DNA of 64,000 nt from Owenia fusiformis (Eukaryota): assembly GCA_903813345.2 (NCBI GenBank), contig CAIIXF020000001.1, positions 28,024,001 through 28,088,000 on the forward strand. The letters run 5' to 3'. Of this stretch, positions 1 through 12,417 are shown piece by piece. The notes below the pieces were generated by a model. It did no database searches. It had not been told where the DNA came from and saw only the letters and a program-made list of their open reading frames with translations. The translations under genes and the position numbers were made by a program. How positions within the stretch are numbered: the stretch's first letter is position 1; each line of letters starts with the position of its first letter.

Positions 1-636
1 ATACTGTAATGTATAAACATGTGATTATTTGAAAATATCTTCAATAAATAAGATAATTAAAAAATAAATGTAACTTATGAATGTTCTATCAACAGACACG
101 TACAGTACTTCTTCATTCTTTGTCGTCACTTTAAACGATAATATGAATGAAGGGTACAATCTGATGGATCTTACCTGTTAATATAGACTGCCCGTAATTC
201 TTTGTTTGGTTTGCAAGTATATATTATTTATGGATACATTATTTCTGATGAAATCTGTCACTGTGACTTTTGCTTATCAGCATTAATTTGCCTTCCATCT
301 CATGAAGGTAATATAACTAATCAAATTGAATTGCCATTAAAAGTGTAATATATTTATGTACATGTTTTGTCGACATCGTGCTGACTGCTAAGTGGATAAG
401 TGAAGTGATAATGTCTAAAGCAATATCTGTATGGGAACGCAGTGTTAAATTTGAAAGGGGCAAACTCCTCTCTAATCCGAACACCTCTCAATATGAACAT
501 TTCTTCTTGGTCCCAAATTTGTTCCCTCTCATTGACCTACTCTTGAAAAACTTGAAATGTGAACACATGCTAAACCGAAGACTTCTGGCTCGTCCCCTGG
601 AGGCATTAGGATGAGACAGGTTTAATTGTTAGTACC

Positions 637-1460
637 TCATTTGAAATACTCAATTCTGATTGGTTGATGAGCGGTCAACAATTGTATACTGTACCCCACC
701 TGTGCATCATGGGATATCATATTATTGACCGCGTGTGTTACTGTACTACACTTGGGAATTATGGGGAATATGACGTCATAATGTTTACAGAAAAAAACAT
801 GGTAGACGGACATTTTGTAAAAGTTCATGAAAGTGATATTTTGTCTTTACTAGACTACAAGTATAGCAAAATACAAATAGAAACGTAAAATTAACATTAA
901 TTTACTAGTGAGTACGCAGTGATGTGCCGAAAACAGAGAGTTTAACTACCACTGTCTTCAAATTTTCTTAAACAAATTATTGCTGGCGTGGTTCAAAGAA
1001 AAGATTGTGAAATGAAGCCATGATTGATGATTATCGTCTATATGTGTAATATTAGTTTCTTCTGACTAACAAAACAATTGTAGACCTCTCCATTCGGTCA
1101 ACCGTCAAAATCATATACCTCGACTGTAAACCTTGAAACTACTGTTGACCTCGACCTTCGGTCTCTGTCAACAGTAGTTTCTCGGTTTACAGTCTCGGTA
1201 TACAATTTTGCCTGTTGACCTCTGGAGAGGTCAACAATTGTATACTGTTGACCGCTACGAGGTACTGTTGACAGTTCACGTGATATTCGATAATATACGC
1301 TGCCAATTATTATAGTCTTCGGACAACAAAACAATTCTCTATTCGGTCAACTGGTAAAAGTGTATACCTCTACAGTATACCTTGAGAGTACTGTTGACCT
1401 CTGGTATCGGCATACAATTTTGCCAGTTGACCACAAGAGAGGTCTACAATTGTATACTGT
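637..1460. mobile_element. Non-autonomous fold-back element (possibly Crypton-associated) with two related hairpins
   Basis: Long imperfect hairpin ~1075-1240 centred on GACCTTCGGTC, a second related hairpin ~1340-1460, and the shared motif caattgtatactgt also at ~678. Family assignment is inference. Confidence 0.45.
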
Positions 1461-1767
1461 ATATTTGTGATCAGTAAAGTAATTAATATGCACTTTGCTT
1501 ATTGGTATTGCTATGAGCAAATCATGAGCAAATATAAAATTGTATTCTGCGATTTAATATGTTATGAAATAGACTTATGAATGAAGCCACAAAAGTTGTG
1601 ATAAATGAGATGAATTGTCCACTACCTTCTCTGTGCTGGATAAGGTGAATTTCTGAAATTGCCACATGGGATCCAAAGCAAGTATTATCCTTTGGAATAC
1701 TCACCATAGCGTAAGATAAAGTGAGACTGATGAATCAGAATGATGTAAATTGCTGATAAACTTATAC

Positions 1768-2195
1768 AACAATCCATCGGGAATATGATTATTATCACAA
1801 TCCATCGGGAATATGATATTTATCACAATCCATCGGGAATATGATATTTATCACAATCCATCGGGAATATGATATTTATCACAATCCATCGCGGGGAATA
1901 TGATATTTATCACAATCCATCGCGGGGAATATGATATTTATCACAATCCATTGGGAATATGATATTTATCACAATCCATCGGGGATATGATATTTATCAC
2001 AATCCACCGGGAATATGATATTTATAACAATCCACCGGGAATATGATATTTATCACAATCCACCGGGAATATGATATTTATCACAAACCATCGGGAATAT
2101 GATATTTATCACAATCCATCGGGAATATGATATTTATCACACTCCATCGGGAATATGATATTTATCACAATCCATCGGGAATATGATATTTATCA
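1768..2195. repeat. 28-bp minisatellite (TCACAATCCATCGGGAATATGATATTTA), ~15 copies
   Basis: Directly visible, near-identical head-to-tail units with no spacers. Confidence 0.95.
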
Positions 2196-2593
2196 AGCTT
2201 GTTAAGCACAAACTGAGTGTCACTGAAAAACAGCAGAATACTAAAACGAAACAAAAATATTTGATATTACTTTCTAGTATATAGTCTTTAATAGCCCAGT
2301 TGTGTCACAATGAATCGCAGTTTTTATTCTCCTCTCATTCAAATGTTTTATGACCAATGTGCAATGTCATCAATCTTTATTGAAGTCTTACCAGCTGTTG
2401 GTGTATTAGAACTTATTTTTGTATCATCTAATTCGTAATGTTATTTGTTAATAGCAGATTCTGCCATTGTGGCAACCTCTCATCTCTTAAATCTTGAAAA
2501 GCAAAATAAATAAGCTTTGATACACATCGGTTTGTTTTGAAAGTTTCTGATATTACGAACCACGAAATAATTATACTTGAGCATTGAGTTTTA

Positions 2594-3157
2594 CTATACT
2601 GTAGTCACTTTAAAACCATGTGTCTCTTCGGTTGATGCACTTGTTCCTGCCGTTACACCATCCCCCTCTTCATCATTGTTTGTCCCCGGATTGGCAATAG
2701 GCGTTGGGGGTATGTCATATTTATTCATTAAACTCCACAATGGTAGCGTCTGCTTCATAAGTGACATAACAGTTGTCTTATTATGGTACCTTGCAGTGTG
2801 AAAATGTTTTCTTTGCACAAATTCATAGTAATAGTAATTCAGTATCGCCTCTTGGTGTTCACGCCGTACGTACTTAACCAAAAGGATTATCATACTGAAG
2901 GCGTAGAATAGGAGCACGATAATAATGTATAAAAGTGCTTGAGTGTCACTACTCAGACCATGTAGATGTTCAGTGGTGGTTTCATTTGATGTTGTAATTG
3001 TTGGCTGTATTGTTGCTGTTGTTGTTGTTGTTGTTGTAGTTGTTGTAATATCTGGGCTATGTTGATTTAATATCCTTTTAAGGACGTCCTCTTTGATTCG
3101 TAGATTCACAAATCCATCAGATACATTATATATTCCTTTCATATTAGGTAGAGCCAT
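2594..3157 (-). CDS. Intronless 187-aa single-pass membrane protein, KCNE/MinK-like architecture
   Basis: No signal peptide. N-glycosylation sequons NVS (aa 11) and NET (aa 58), a Thr-rich stalk, one TM (~aa 74-94, ALLYIIIVLLFYAFSMIILLV), then KYVRREH. Confidence 0.7.
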   Translation of the reverse strand: MALPNMKGIYNVSDGFVNLRIKEDVLKRILNQHSPDITTTTTTTTTTATIQPTITTSNETTTEHLHGLSSDTQALLYIIIVLLFYAFSMIILLVKYVRREHQEAILNYYYYEFVQRKHFHTARYHNKTTVMSLMKQTLPLWSLMNKYDIPPTPIANPGTNNDEEGDGVTAGTSASTEETHGFKVTTV

Positions 3158-4682
3158 TCTCCATATATCATATATAGATCTTATTATCCAAATATTTGAA
3201 GAACTGGTGTTCGGTTTTTGTCAGCTTGTTTTTAATATCAATCAAGAAATTGAAATTGAAATGATGCAATTGTCCATCATGTAAATGTTGCAATCGCCTT
3301 GTAGACAACAACCGTCTTTGCTTGATTTTATTGTCTTCCCTGACATGGCTCTACGTAAATGGCAAATTGTTTCAAATAAATCATTTTTACAGATATAAAT
3401 ATTGTGACTTCCAATTACAAATTCAGATTTGTTTTCGCTGGCTGATAGCTGCATCTTCTCGAGTTTGAAATATGACACGGATAGTCATCAATATTCATAC
3501 TGAATCTATAGAGCGTGTAAAATGGTAGCATACTCATCCTATTAGCTCATGTTATTTTTACTAAGTCCCTAAGAAGGAAAAAGCAATCCAACTTGCTTAG
3601 TTCATCAACTACTTGCTATTAACTCATCAGTTTGACTCTAGGTTGAACAAATATCCGATTCCTCAGAGTCGCAGATCTCCCATTGATAAAACACTAGCTC
3701 ACTTAATTTAGATTTTGATAGTTTCTAATATTCCAACCCTGGGATTCGAACGGTAACATTTTCCCAATCATGTAATCCACGATTAACATGTTGAATCGAA
3801 AATTGCGGAGTCTGATTTCCATCTATAATAGTTACATATGTATATCCACAGTTGAAATACAATCAGCCGTGTATGTAAACACATCCACCTGTCTCCTTTT
3901 CAGACCAATCTAATCAAACGGCTTCATGCTACTTCATAATATCCCACAGGATTTCAGATAATCAGGTTAGGGTGTTTCCAGATTGAAAACAGATTTGTTC
4001 TTTATCCAAGATTTGATTTTAGGCTACATAGAATCGAAAGTAGGGTGGATCTCAAGTGTCTGCTCAAAGTTGACATTTAATGATTGGGATTAAGGAAGAA
4101 TCTCATAATGAGAATTTTTAAGTTATTTTCTTGGCAATATTAATGAAATCTCTTTAATTTATGTGGAAATGTACATTTTAGAGTATTACAGAACACACCC
4201 TACATTTCAAATACTATACCATGAAATTACAATTCAAAAAAAATTTTTTTAGATAAAAGTGTAGTTGTTTTGGTAAAAATGTAGAACTACCTTAAATATA
4301 TTTTTCATTTGAAACACAACATTGCACACATATCATAGTGAGCTAGGGAATTACGATATTGGCAGGTGGTGAGTTATTGGACATATAAATAATAATGACA
4401 AGGCAATGACGACAAATTGATGATGAGAGAGAGAGTTTTGGACGCCATGGGAAATATAAATCCCTAGAATGGCCTGGAGACTTTTAATGAACACGTCATG
4501 ATTATGATGGCATCATAAATTGGGTAACATTATAGCATTTTCTATGGAGAATCAAATTTCAAAGTTTCCTAATAATACGACCTTTCTCATTCCACTGGTT
4601 GGGTATATAACTCTAGTAGTCATGGTTATGCATTAATGTCTCTCAGATAATTTTAAGCTGCAGCCTTCTTCATCCTAGCTGC

Positions 4683-5000
4683 TACCAACACAATACAATA
4701 CAAAAGGAACCAATACAATATAATAGCAGCCAATATATATAATACAATATCAACCAATATAATACAATAAAATAGCAACCAATACAATACAATAACAACC
4801 AATACAATACGATAGCAATCGATAAAATACAATACAATAGCAATCGATACAATACAATATCAACCATACAATACAATATCAACCAATACAATACAATAGC
4901 ATCCAATACAATACAATAGCATGCAACCGATACAAAACAAAAGCAACCAATATAATACAATAGCAACTGATACAATACAATAGCAACCAATACAATACAA
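4683..5000. repeat. (CAATA)n-based degenerate minisatellite
   Basis: Repeats of caatacaatacaatagcaac variants. Confidence 0.9.
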
Positions 5001-5281
5001 TTGCTAGTACTGGTTAGGATCTAGCTGACATCATGGTTCATGTTCTCTGATTAACATCCAATTTGTATCTCTCTGAGACATAATGGATTAAGTGAGCCAC
5101 CATGCAGAATCAATGTATCATTTGATAACAACATCCGCTGTAAGTTTTAGTCGTTGTCTGCACTTTGTGATATCGTGCTTAATCATTGTATTATACTTAA
5201 TCATTGTACTAATTTATGATTATTTATTTAATCATTAATGTTATGTCACCGTCAGAAGTAGTGACATATTGTTATAATCTT

Positions 5282-5390
5282 CAACTATTTTGTGGACGGT
5301 GTTCGACGTCTGGCGTTCGGAGTTCAGCGTCGGTAACAAATGTAACAAACGGCTGGTGGGGACATTTTGCGTGATAATAATGCCTCGTTC
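5282..5390 (-). repeat. Dispersed ~110-bp short repeat family; other copies ~27742-27850, ~42895-43010 and ~49770-49856
   Basis: Shared core aaacaaggcattaacatgcaaaatgtcacc...tttgttaca...caaaaaagtt seen four times, in both orientations. Confidence 0.7.
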
Positions 5391-5654
5391 ATATTGTACT
5401 TGGTTATATTGCATTTTGTCATATTTTACGTTGTTATATTGTACCTAATCATCCGTGTTTTCGTGAGATAAACTCTAATTACTCATTATTCCCTAGACTA
5501 CATTCCTACTTAATTATCCAACAGAAGAGGCTAAAAAGTTGAAATCCCAGGAATACCTCACAACAACAAGCTAGGGCATATATACAAAAACCTGGCTCCA
5601 ATTACAAATGTGTGATTATTTGTAAAGACACTGACACCAATACTGGTCACAAAA

Positions 5655-6145
5655 GAATGGTGGTTAATAATGTCACCACTTCTTAATGGTGGATAATAAT
5701 GTCGTTGGTGGTGGTTAATGTCACCACTTATTAATGATGGTTGATAATGCCGTTAATGGTGATTAATAATGTCGCCACTTATTAATGGTGGTTAATAATG
5801 TCGTTAATGGTGATTAATAATGTCGCCACTTATTAATGATGGTTGATGATGTAGTTAATGATTGTTAATAATGTCACCACTTCTTAATGGTGGTTGATAG
5901 TCGTTAATGATAGTTAATAATGTCACCACTTCTAAATGGTGGTTAATAAAGTCGTTAATGGCGGTAAATAATGGCACCCCTTCTTAATGGTGGTTAATAA
6001 AGTCGTTAATGGCGGTAAATAATGGCACCCCTTCTTAATGGTGGTTAATAATGTAGTTAATGGTGGTTAATAATGTCACCACTTATTAATGATGGTTGAT
6101 AATGTCGTTAATGATGGTTAATAATGTCACCACTAATTAATGGTA
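5655..6145. repeat. Composite minisatellite (taatggtggttaataatgtc + accactt variants)
   Basis: Visible alternating short and long related units. Confidence 0.9.
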
Positions 6146-7254
6146 AATAAAAAGCATAAGAATCCGAAATACAGAACTGTACCATAACTTTAGGCATTTT
6201 AACTGTGTGGAAACGTTAAACATGTACAAATATAAATTTAAACTTTATTAAAAAATATATGTTTTTTTGGTGAATGTGCCTGCTTATGGCAACTCAAAAA
6301 ATGCAGATCACACTTACATTTTATTATCATATAAATCGTATTTCGCAACAAAACAAATAGTTTTATTCTGTAGCGAGATACAATTCCCTTATGAATCTTT
6401 TATTCATTTTAATGCACCAAATCCTATATTATTTTCGTATCTAAGGCTGTGGTAACGATAAATGCCATAAATATTAATGTTTTGGTTCAATTTATAGTCA
6501 CGGCTGGGTTATTTTGACAATTTCTGCATATTAGTACTCTAATCCTAATAGATCATTATGTCAGAGTAGGAATACTAAAACGATGTAAAATATCTACGAA
6601 TATTAGCAACCATAGTCATATTTCATCGTGACAAAATGTAAAAGAAAATTGGAATTTTCAGCGATTGTTTTTATAAATGCAACAATTCACAGCTTTTTCA
6701 GTTTCCGAGAATGGTAACTGCATTGTGAATACATTTAGGCTACTTAGTCAGGTAAAGCCCATTATTAGAATTATTGTCTGGTGACCTCAAATGTCACAGC
6801 ATCATAATACACTTTGTAACATATGCCAGATACTCGTGACCCCCTCCCCCAACCCCTCCCACATTACACACACCACTCAACAAGTGAAGTGGATAGTTCG
6901 AGGTTCCAGAAGCAAGACTAATGCCAGGCAGAGATATATAACACATAATATAATGTTATTGTATGTTTCTGTGCCAGACGATGAACACAATGGATACCAA
7001 CGCTGAGTATCAACGTCAAGATATGGAGACAAAAAATAATGACTTTGAACAATGATATGTCACAAAACCATTGCTCCCTCAGCAGTTCAGTCAATACCTT
7101 TATGGATAAAGATGGATTTTAAATCAGAATTCACTGAAATCATTCTGATATATGTCCAAATATTGCATTTTAGGCAGTGCATTGTATTCTATTGACATTA
7201 CCATTAGATTATTAGGCATGCGGGATGTTGACAACAAGTTATAGGCGTGGGTTA

Positions 7255-7452
7255 CAGGGGCGTAGCCAACTTTCAGTCATGGGGGTGCGATCGCCAAAAA
7301 AGTTGGGTTTTCAGTCAGGGGGTGCGATTACACAAGCCAAAAAATTAAGATTTATCTTGCATTTTACAAAAATTGATGCAACTTCTTTCAAAATTGAGCT
7401 ATGAGAAACTTCAAATAATCGATCGACCCCCCCCCCCCCCTTGCTACGCCTA
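7255..7452. mobile_element. Small hAT-like MITE remnant
   Basis: Termini caggggcgtagc ... gctacgcct, internal duplication of tttcagtca.gggggtgcgat. A related end lies at ~44905-44942. Confidence 0.5.
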
Positions 7453-7784
7453 TAAGTTATATGTAATTTATAAGCTGAGATGAAAGATCTCAAAATACCT
7501 GAAATCTGGGCTCACCAAATATATCCCATAATATTATGGCTGGGGAGAAATGATATGTCATGGTTTATTATGATGTTACAGAATACATTCTGATGAAAGA
7601 GCATAATCTTGAGACTAATTGAAGTTTCATTGAATAGCCTCCTTAACTGGACATCTAAGAATATCTTAGAACAATCATTTCTGTATATTTTCATACAATT
7701 ACAATTTTTGTAAATTGTTATCGTTTAAGAGTTTTCGCGTTTCGTGATTTTTTGAAGCGCTCGATCAGTATTTGCAAATATATA

Positions 7785-9037
7785 CAGGGTGTTCACTAAG
7801 TAATGATACTAAGTCTCCCATTTCTACATCAGTTTTTAACTAATCTTTCTAAATTTTGCACCTATCATCAGGCATGTAATAATGAGTGCACATGCCAAAT
7901 TGCATTTGTCAGAATAAAAATAGTTAATTATATCATATACATTTTGATTTTGTAACCCGTCCATCCATATAACTCAGCGGTAGCACAGGTACCTCTTACG
8001 CAATAGGATTCGATCCCCGGTTCAGGCAAGACTAAATTTGCGTGTTTGCGCAAAGTACTTCAGGGTGTTTGACTGAGTGGTTCACAACTCGTCAAAAAGG
8101 CTGTGGTGTGTATTTGTATGTCTATGTATGAGTGCACATAACTAAGAACACATTAAATTCTGAGCATACCACTTCTGCAAATGATACAATATTTAGATCC
8201 GGCACTCTAGGTCCATGCCTGGTGGATGTAATATTCACTTAAAAGTAATTTGTTTCTGCTTCAGTGCAACTTTGTTGTTTAGCCTCCCATTCTTGGAAAA
8301 CATTAAGTAGGCCAATCGAATCTTATTTCATTTTATTTCGAATCTGGCAGCCCTTACAATTTTCTCATCAGAATGAAACAGTTAACCCTTTAGGGAGACC
8401 ATGGGCTTTCAATTAGTTGAAAGCCCATGGGGAGACCAATAGCATGGACATGTGGTTCAATTTCATTTCGCGAATAATGATCAAGGTCTGCATTTTGAAA
8501 TCTTGGACTACTCTTCATTCTGTTCAATCTCTATGGATTACTTTGAAGTATGACACCCATGTTGCTTGTTTGCAGCAAGTTTCCCATTTCCAAAAAACCT
8601 GTTTTCCGATGACATTTTTTAACTTTGGCAGACTTTCCAACTAAGACTCATGGAGATCACGGACATCCTGAAGATCTTCTGAACTAGGATGTCATACTAT
8701 TAATGAACCATACTATGAATGTTACCACTATACAAGACATATTTTGAATAACCAACTGACATAAAAATAGAGAATGCATAGCTCAAAATCATGTAAATCC
8801 AAATCAAATTATACATCGTTTCATCAAAATTGAGTAAAATTGATGTCTGTGTCAACGCACCTGTCATCAAGTTTCTATGACAACCTTTATTTCATTGTTT
8901 GGAGGTCATGACTTTTAAAACTTTTTAAATAAACTCACAATCACATTTTTAAGATATGCTGAAAATTTAAGCAAGAGTTCTTAAAATTTGACAAAGCGGG
9001 AGACTTAGTGTCATTACTTAATGAACAAGCAACCTTG
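7785..9037. mobile_element. Tc1/mariner-type non-autonomous element
   Basis: TA-CAGGGTGTTCACTAAGTAATGATACTAAGTCTCCC at 7785, with its inverse gggagacttagtgtcattacttaatgaac at 8998-9026 (2 mismatches). The outermost right end is degenerate. Confidence 0.7.
7965..8150 (+). mobile_element. tRNA-derived SINE fragment nested in the TIR element
   Basis: A-box-like taactcagcggtagc and B-box-like ggattcgatccc, followed by aaaggctgtggtgtgta...gtgcacata resembling a conserved SINE central domain (Meta-type; inference). Confidence 0.5.
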
Positions 9038-9789
9038 TTATATAAGAAAGGATAGTGAAAGATGAACTAATTATACTCAAATCCTATCAATCAAGAATTA
9101 ATGCTCTTAATAAATACGTAGCTTTATAGAATCGTGTAACGCCCAACACAAATACACTTTTGCTCATAAATTTGGAACCTTTTATGATGCGTGTCACGGT
9201 ATTCGTTTAATTCTTACATCAATAAATGATTGGTTCAAAAAAATTAGAGATAATCAAGGAAAAGAGCACTTGGCTTGATTTCTATGGGAAGGTCATTTCT
9301 CTCTTCCCATATTATACGATGCCGAATTTGTGTTAATCGTACGCCATTCTCATAGAATGGAATAGTTTTCATTCCTTCCGTATTTTCTCTAGCTCCACTT
9401 CAACAAGCATGTTCTTCCCCAAACATGATTTTGACAAATCTAGTTGAAAGCCCATAGTATAGCTTTGCGGTTTTGGGTTTTCGCAGGCTGGGGCTTGCTG
9501 TAATGCAACACTGCAATGAGATCAATGGTACTTGAGTAGAGCAATGAGCCATACACGAGAAAAACAGTTTTGATCCAAATAGCCTAAATTGTTATAAACA
9601 ACTGCGAAAATCGCAAAGAAATGTTCCATATTTATGGGCAACTTTGTATGTCTACACAATTAATCTAAAACGCTCCGTAGTAATGATCTAAGGCTTAGAC
9701 AGCTCCACATGTTGGCTTTGACAATTGTATACATTTATAAGAAACCAGATTTTAAGATCTCAAAGTATCTCGAAGTCAGCGCTGGCAAT

Positions 9790-12417
9790 ATGAGAAACAA
9801 GAGAAAGTGTTTTCTACCATTGACTGTGTCAATACTGATGCTGCTCTTTTTCACACATGCCGCGCACGTACAGCGTGTCGAAAGATCAGCATCCCAAAGG
9901 GAAAATGACAAAACAACTAATCCAGTCGATCTTGAACGTGATGGAACAATTCATAAACTCGATTCTGGACGTGACGCAACAATTGATGAACTCGATCCGG
10001 AAATTGATCAAGTCGATCATGGAAGGGGGAAAACGCTTGATTCTGCTGATCCTGAATATGATCAAGTCGATCCTGACCATGACGTTATAATCAATCCATT
10101 TGATCCTGAACGTAAAACAACAATCGAATATGAGACGACAGTCAATCCTGTCGATCCTCAACGTCAGACAACAATTATTGATTCTGATGATGTTGAACGT
10201 GACGTGGCAAATGATCAAGTTCATCCTGAATTTGACACAACAATTCAGTCTTTTGATCCTGAACGTGCCGTAGCAAATTATCAAGTCAATCCTGACCGTG
10301 AAGTAACAACAAATGATTCTGTTGATGATGAACGTGACGTAGCAAATGATCAAGTCAATTCTGACCGTGAAGTAACAACAAATGATTCTGATGATGATGA
10401 ACGTGACGTAGCAAATGATCAAGTCAATTTTGACCGTGAAGTAACAACAAATGATTCTGTTGATGATGAACGTGACGTAGCAATTGATCAAGTCGATCCT
10501 GAGTATGACCCGACAATCAATCCAGTCGATACTCAACTTGAGACAACTATTGGTTCTGTTGGTGCTGAACGTGACGTTGTAATTGGTCAAGTCGATCCCG
10601 AATATGAGACTACAATCACTCCAGTCGATCCTCATCGTGAGACAACAATTGTTTCTGTTGATCTTGAACATGACATAGCAATTTATAAAGCCGATCCTGA
10701 CCGTGAAACAACATTTGCTTCTGTTGGTGCTAAACTTGACGTGACAAATGATCAAGTCAATCCTAAATATAACTCGACAATCAATCCAGTCGATCCTGAA
10801 CGTGACGTAACAACCAATCAGGTCCATCCTCAACGTGAGACAACAATTGATTCTGTTGATCCTGAACGAAAGAGTATTTTTCATGCATTTGACGTTAGTG
10901 TTCGACCACTCGATGATGAAACCATTACTAACACTATCCATACACTGAAAAACCTTACAATTAGTACTGAAGCTCTAGAAGATCTCAACAGCTGTGGCGA
11001 TGACATCTCTAGATACACTTGTATGGAGAATACTTGCAGAGGAAGATGCGGGCAGATGAACAACTACACAAATGCCTTGTGGCTCTGCTCTTGTGATGCT
11101 GCGTGTCCCGTCTATGGAGATTGCTGTAAGGACTTTAACGATGTTTGCGACAACCATACATATAACTCCGAGATGGAGGAAGTATTCGTTTGCAAAGATA
11201 TAGGACCTGGTCAATATATATACATGAAGCAATCATGTAGACCCGACTACAATGATGTAGATATTATTCAGAAGTGTTACGGGGAGAGTGGGGTGGAGGG
11301 TGTCGTGCCGGTGACTGACGAACTTACCAATGTTGTCTATGTGAACTATTTCTGCGCTTTGTGCAATCTGGTCAATGATAACTTGGTTCCTTGGAAAATA
11401 TCGATGCATTGTCCGTTGAGTGGTCACTTCGCCCCCATATCAGGCAATGATATAATCGAAATGTTAAGCAAGGTTCGACGACCAAGACGATGTTTGATTT
11501 CCAAAATACCATTAGATAAAGGTTTGAATGTGCGACGACCTTGTATCTCTATATTGGCCACTCAATGTAGAGGATGCAAAGACGATGGCATTATAGAAGC
11601 CTGCAAAACTGGAGTTCGAGATCCACAATTTTCCAAAAAGGGAGGTTTGATTGCAAGAAATGTTTATTGTCTGAAGTGTATGGGTTGGATCGATGATTCT
11701 CATGACTGCGACATTTTTCTAACGCCGAACGGAGGCAATACGATTTCCGACTTCTTCGCTTACTCCGTACTGGTTGATGTGATCAATGATTCTGGTTCCG
11801 TCTTGCAGATCAAGGCAGATTCGGGTATCGCGGGAATTGACTCTGTTGTAAAGGTGAAAGGCGCAGAGATAAGTATGATACAATGTCCAAACCGGTCTAA
11901 ACTTGTCAAAAATGAATGCGTGTTCTCTGAGACACAATTTAAGGTTTTCTGTAAAATCCCAACGAGGAACAAGAATGCCCAAAATATCGAAGCACTCGTG
12001 ACCGAGGTTATAAAAGAAGCTTTCGATATTTTGGGATTTCTTTATGTAGCACCTAAGAGTGATGGTTCCATGCATTGTCATTTCTTTGTCTCGTTCCAAA
12101 ATGAAACATTTGACTGGGAGACGGAATTTATTCATAATGAGAAAATCATTCAGCGATCTTTTCCTCCTGTTGATTCAATTTCAACTGTACGCTATTGTTT
12201 AGTTGAGAATGATGAGATTGAATTGTCTCGCGCGAATTTGGTTGAAGGGGAGTCTACAACGGAAGGTCATTCGGTAACATCAGAGACATCGCGATCGCAC
12301 TCTTCTAGTGGCAACCGTCGTATTATGAATGCTGGGAACAGGCTTTGGTCTGGCTTGTATGTTTCTACCTCGCTCTTTTTTGCTCTTACTTACCGGCATG
12401 TTCAACGATTAATTTAA
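9790..12417 (+). CDS. Intronless secreted or GPI-anchored protein: signal peptide, acidic D/E/T repeats, somatomedin-B domain, Cys-rich region
   Basis: Likely start at ATG 9790 (MRNKRKCFLPLTVSILMLLFFTHA = signal peptide). SMB motif CRGRC...CSCDAACPVYGDCCKDFNDVC; YVNYFCALCN and ARNVYCLKC motifs; Ser-rich segment followed by a hydrophobic C-terminus. The ORF is uninterrupted for 2.6 kb. Confidence 0.85.
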   Translation: MRNKRKCFLPLTVSILMLLFFTHAAHVQRVERSASQRENDKTTNPVDLERDGTIHKLDSGRDATIDELDPEIDQVDHGRGKTLDSADPEYDQVDPDHDVIINPFDPERKTTIEYETTVNPVDPQRQTTIIDSDDVERDVANDQVHPEFDTTIQSFDPERAVANYQVNPDREVTTNDSVDDERDVANDQVNSDREVTTNDSDDDERDVANDQVNFDREVTTNDSVDDERDVAIDQVDPEYDPTINPVDTQLETTIGSVGAERDVVIGQVDPEYETTITPVDPHRETTIVSVDLEHDIAIYKADPDRETTFASVGAKLDVTNDQVNPKYNSTINPVDPERDVTTNQVHPQRETTIDSVDPERKSIFHAFDVSVRPLDDETITNTIHTLKNLTISTEALEDLNSCGDDISRYTCMENTCRGRCGQMNNYTNALWLCSCDAACPVYGDCCKDFNDVCDNHTYNSEMEEVFVCKDIGPGQYIYMKQSCRPDYNDVDIIQKCYGESGVEGVVPVTDELTNVVYVNYFCALCNLVNDNLVPWKISMHCPLSGHFAPISGNDIIEMLSKVRRPRRCLISKIPLDKGLNVRRPCISILATQCRGCKDDGIIEACKTGVRDPQFSKKGGLIARNVYCLKCMGWIDDSHDCDIFLTPNGGNTISDFFAYSVLVDVINDSGSVLQIKADSGIAGIDSVVKVKGAEISMIQCPNRSKLVKNECVFSETQFKVFCKIPTRNKNAQNIEALVTEVIKEAFDILGFLYVAPKSDGSMHCHFFVSFQNETFDWETEFIHNEKIIQRSFPPVDSISTVRYCLVENDEIELSRANLVEGESTTEGHSVTSETSRSHSSSGNRRIMNAGNRLWSGLYVSTSLFFALTYRHVQRLI

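Noticed and set aside
1768-2195. 28-bp repeat array as a CRISPR
   Set aside because: Units are contiguous with no unique spacers, there are no cas genes, and the context is eukaryotic.
4682-4990. Hydrophobic 102-aa ORF
   Set aside because: Translation of the (TATTG)n repeat.
9709-9789. Upstream ATG of the 902-aa ORF as the true start
   Set aside because: ATG 9790 directly precedes a canonical signal peptide and is the more plausible start.
9886-10941. 351-aa antisense ORF
   Set aside because: Shadow frame of the repetitive coding region on the plus strand; no independent features.
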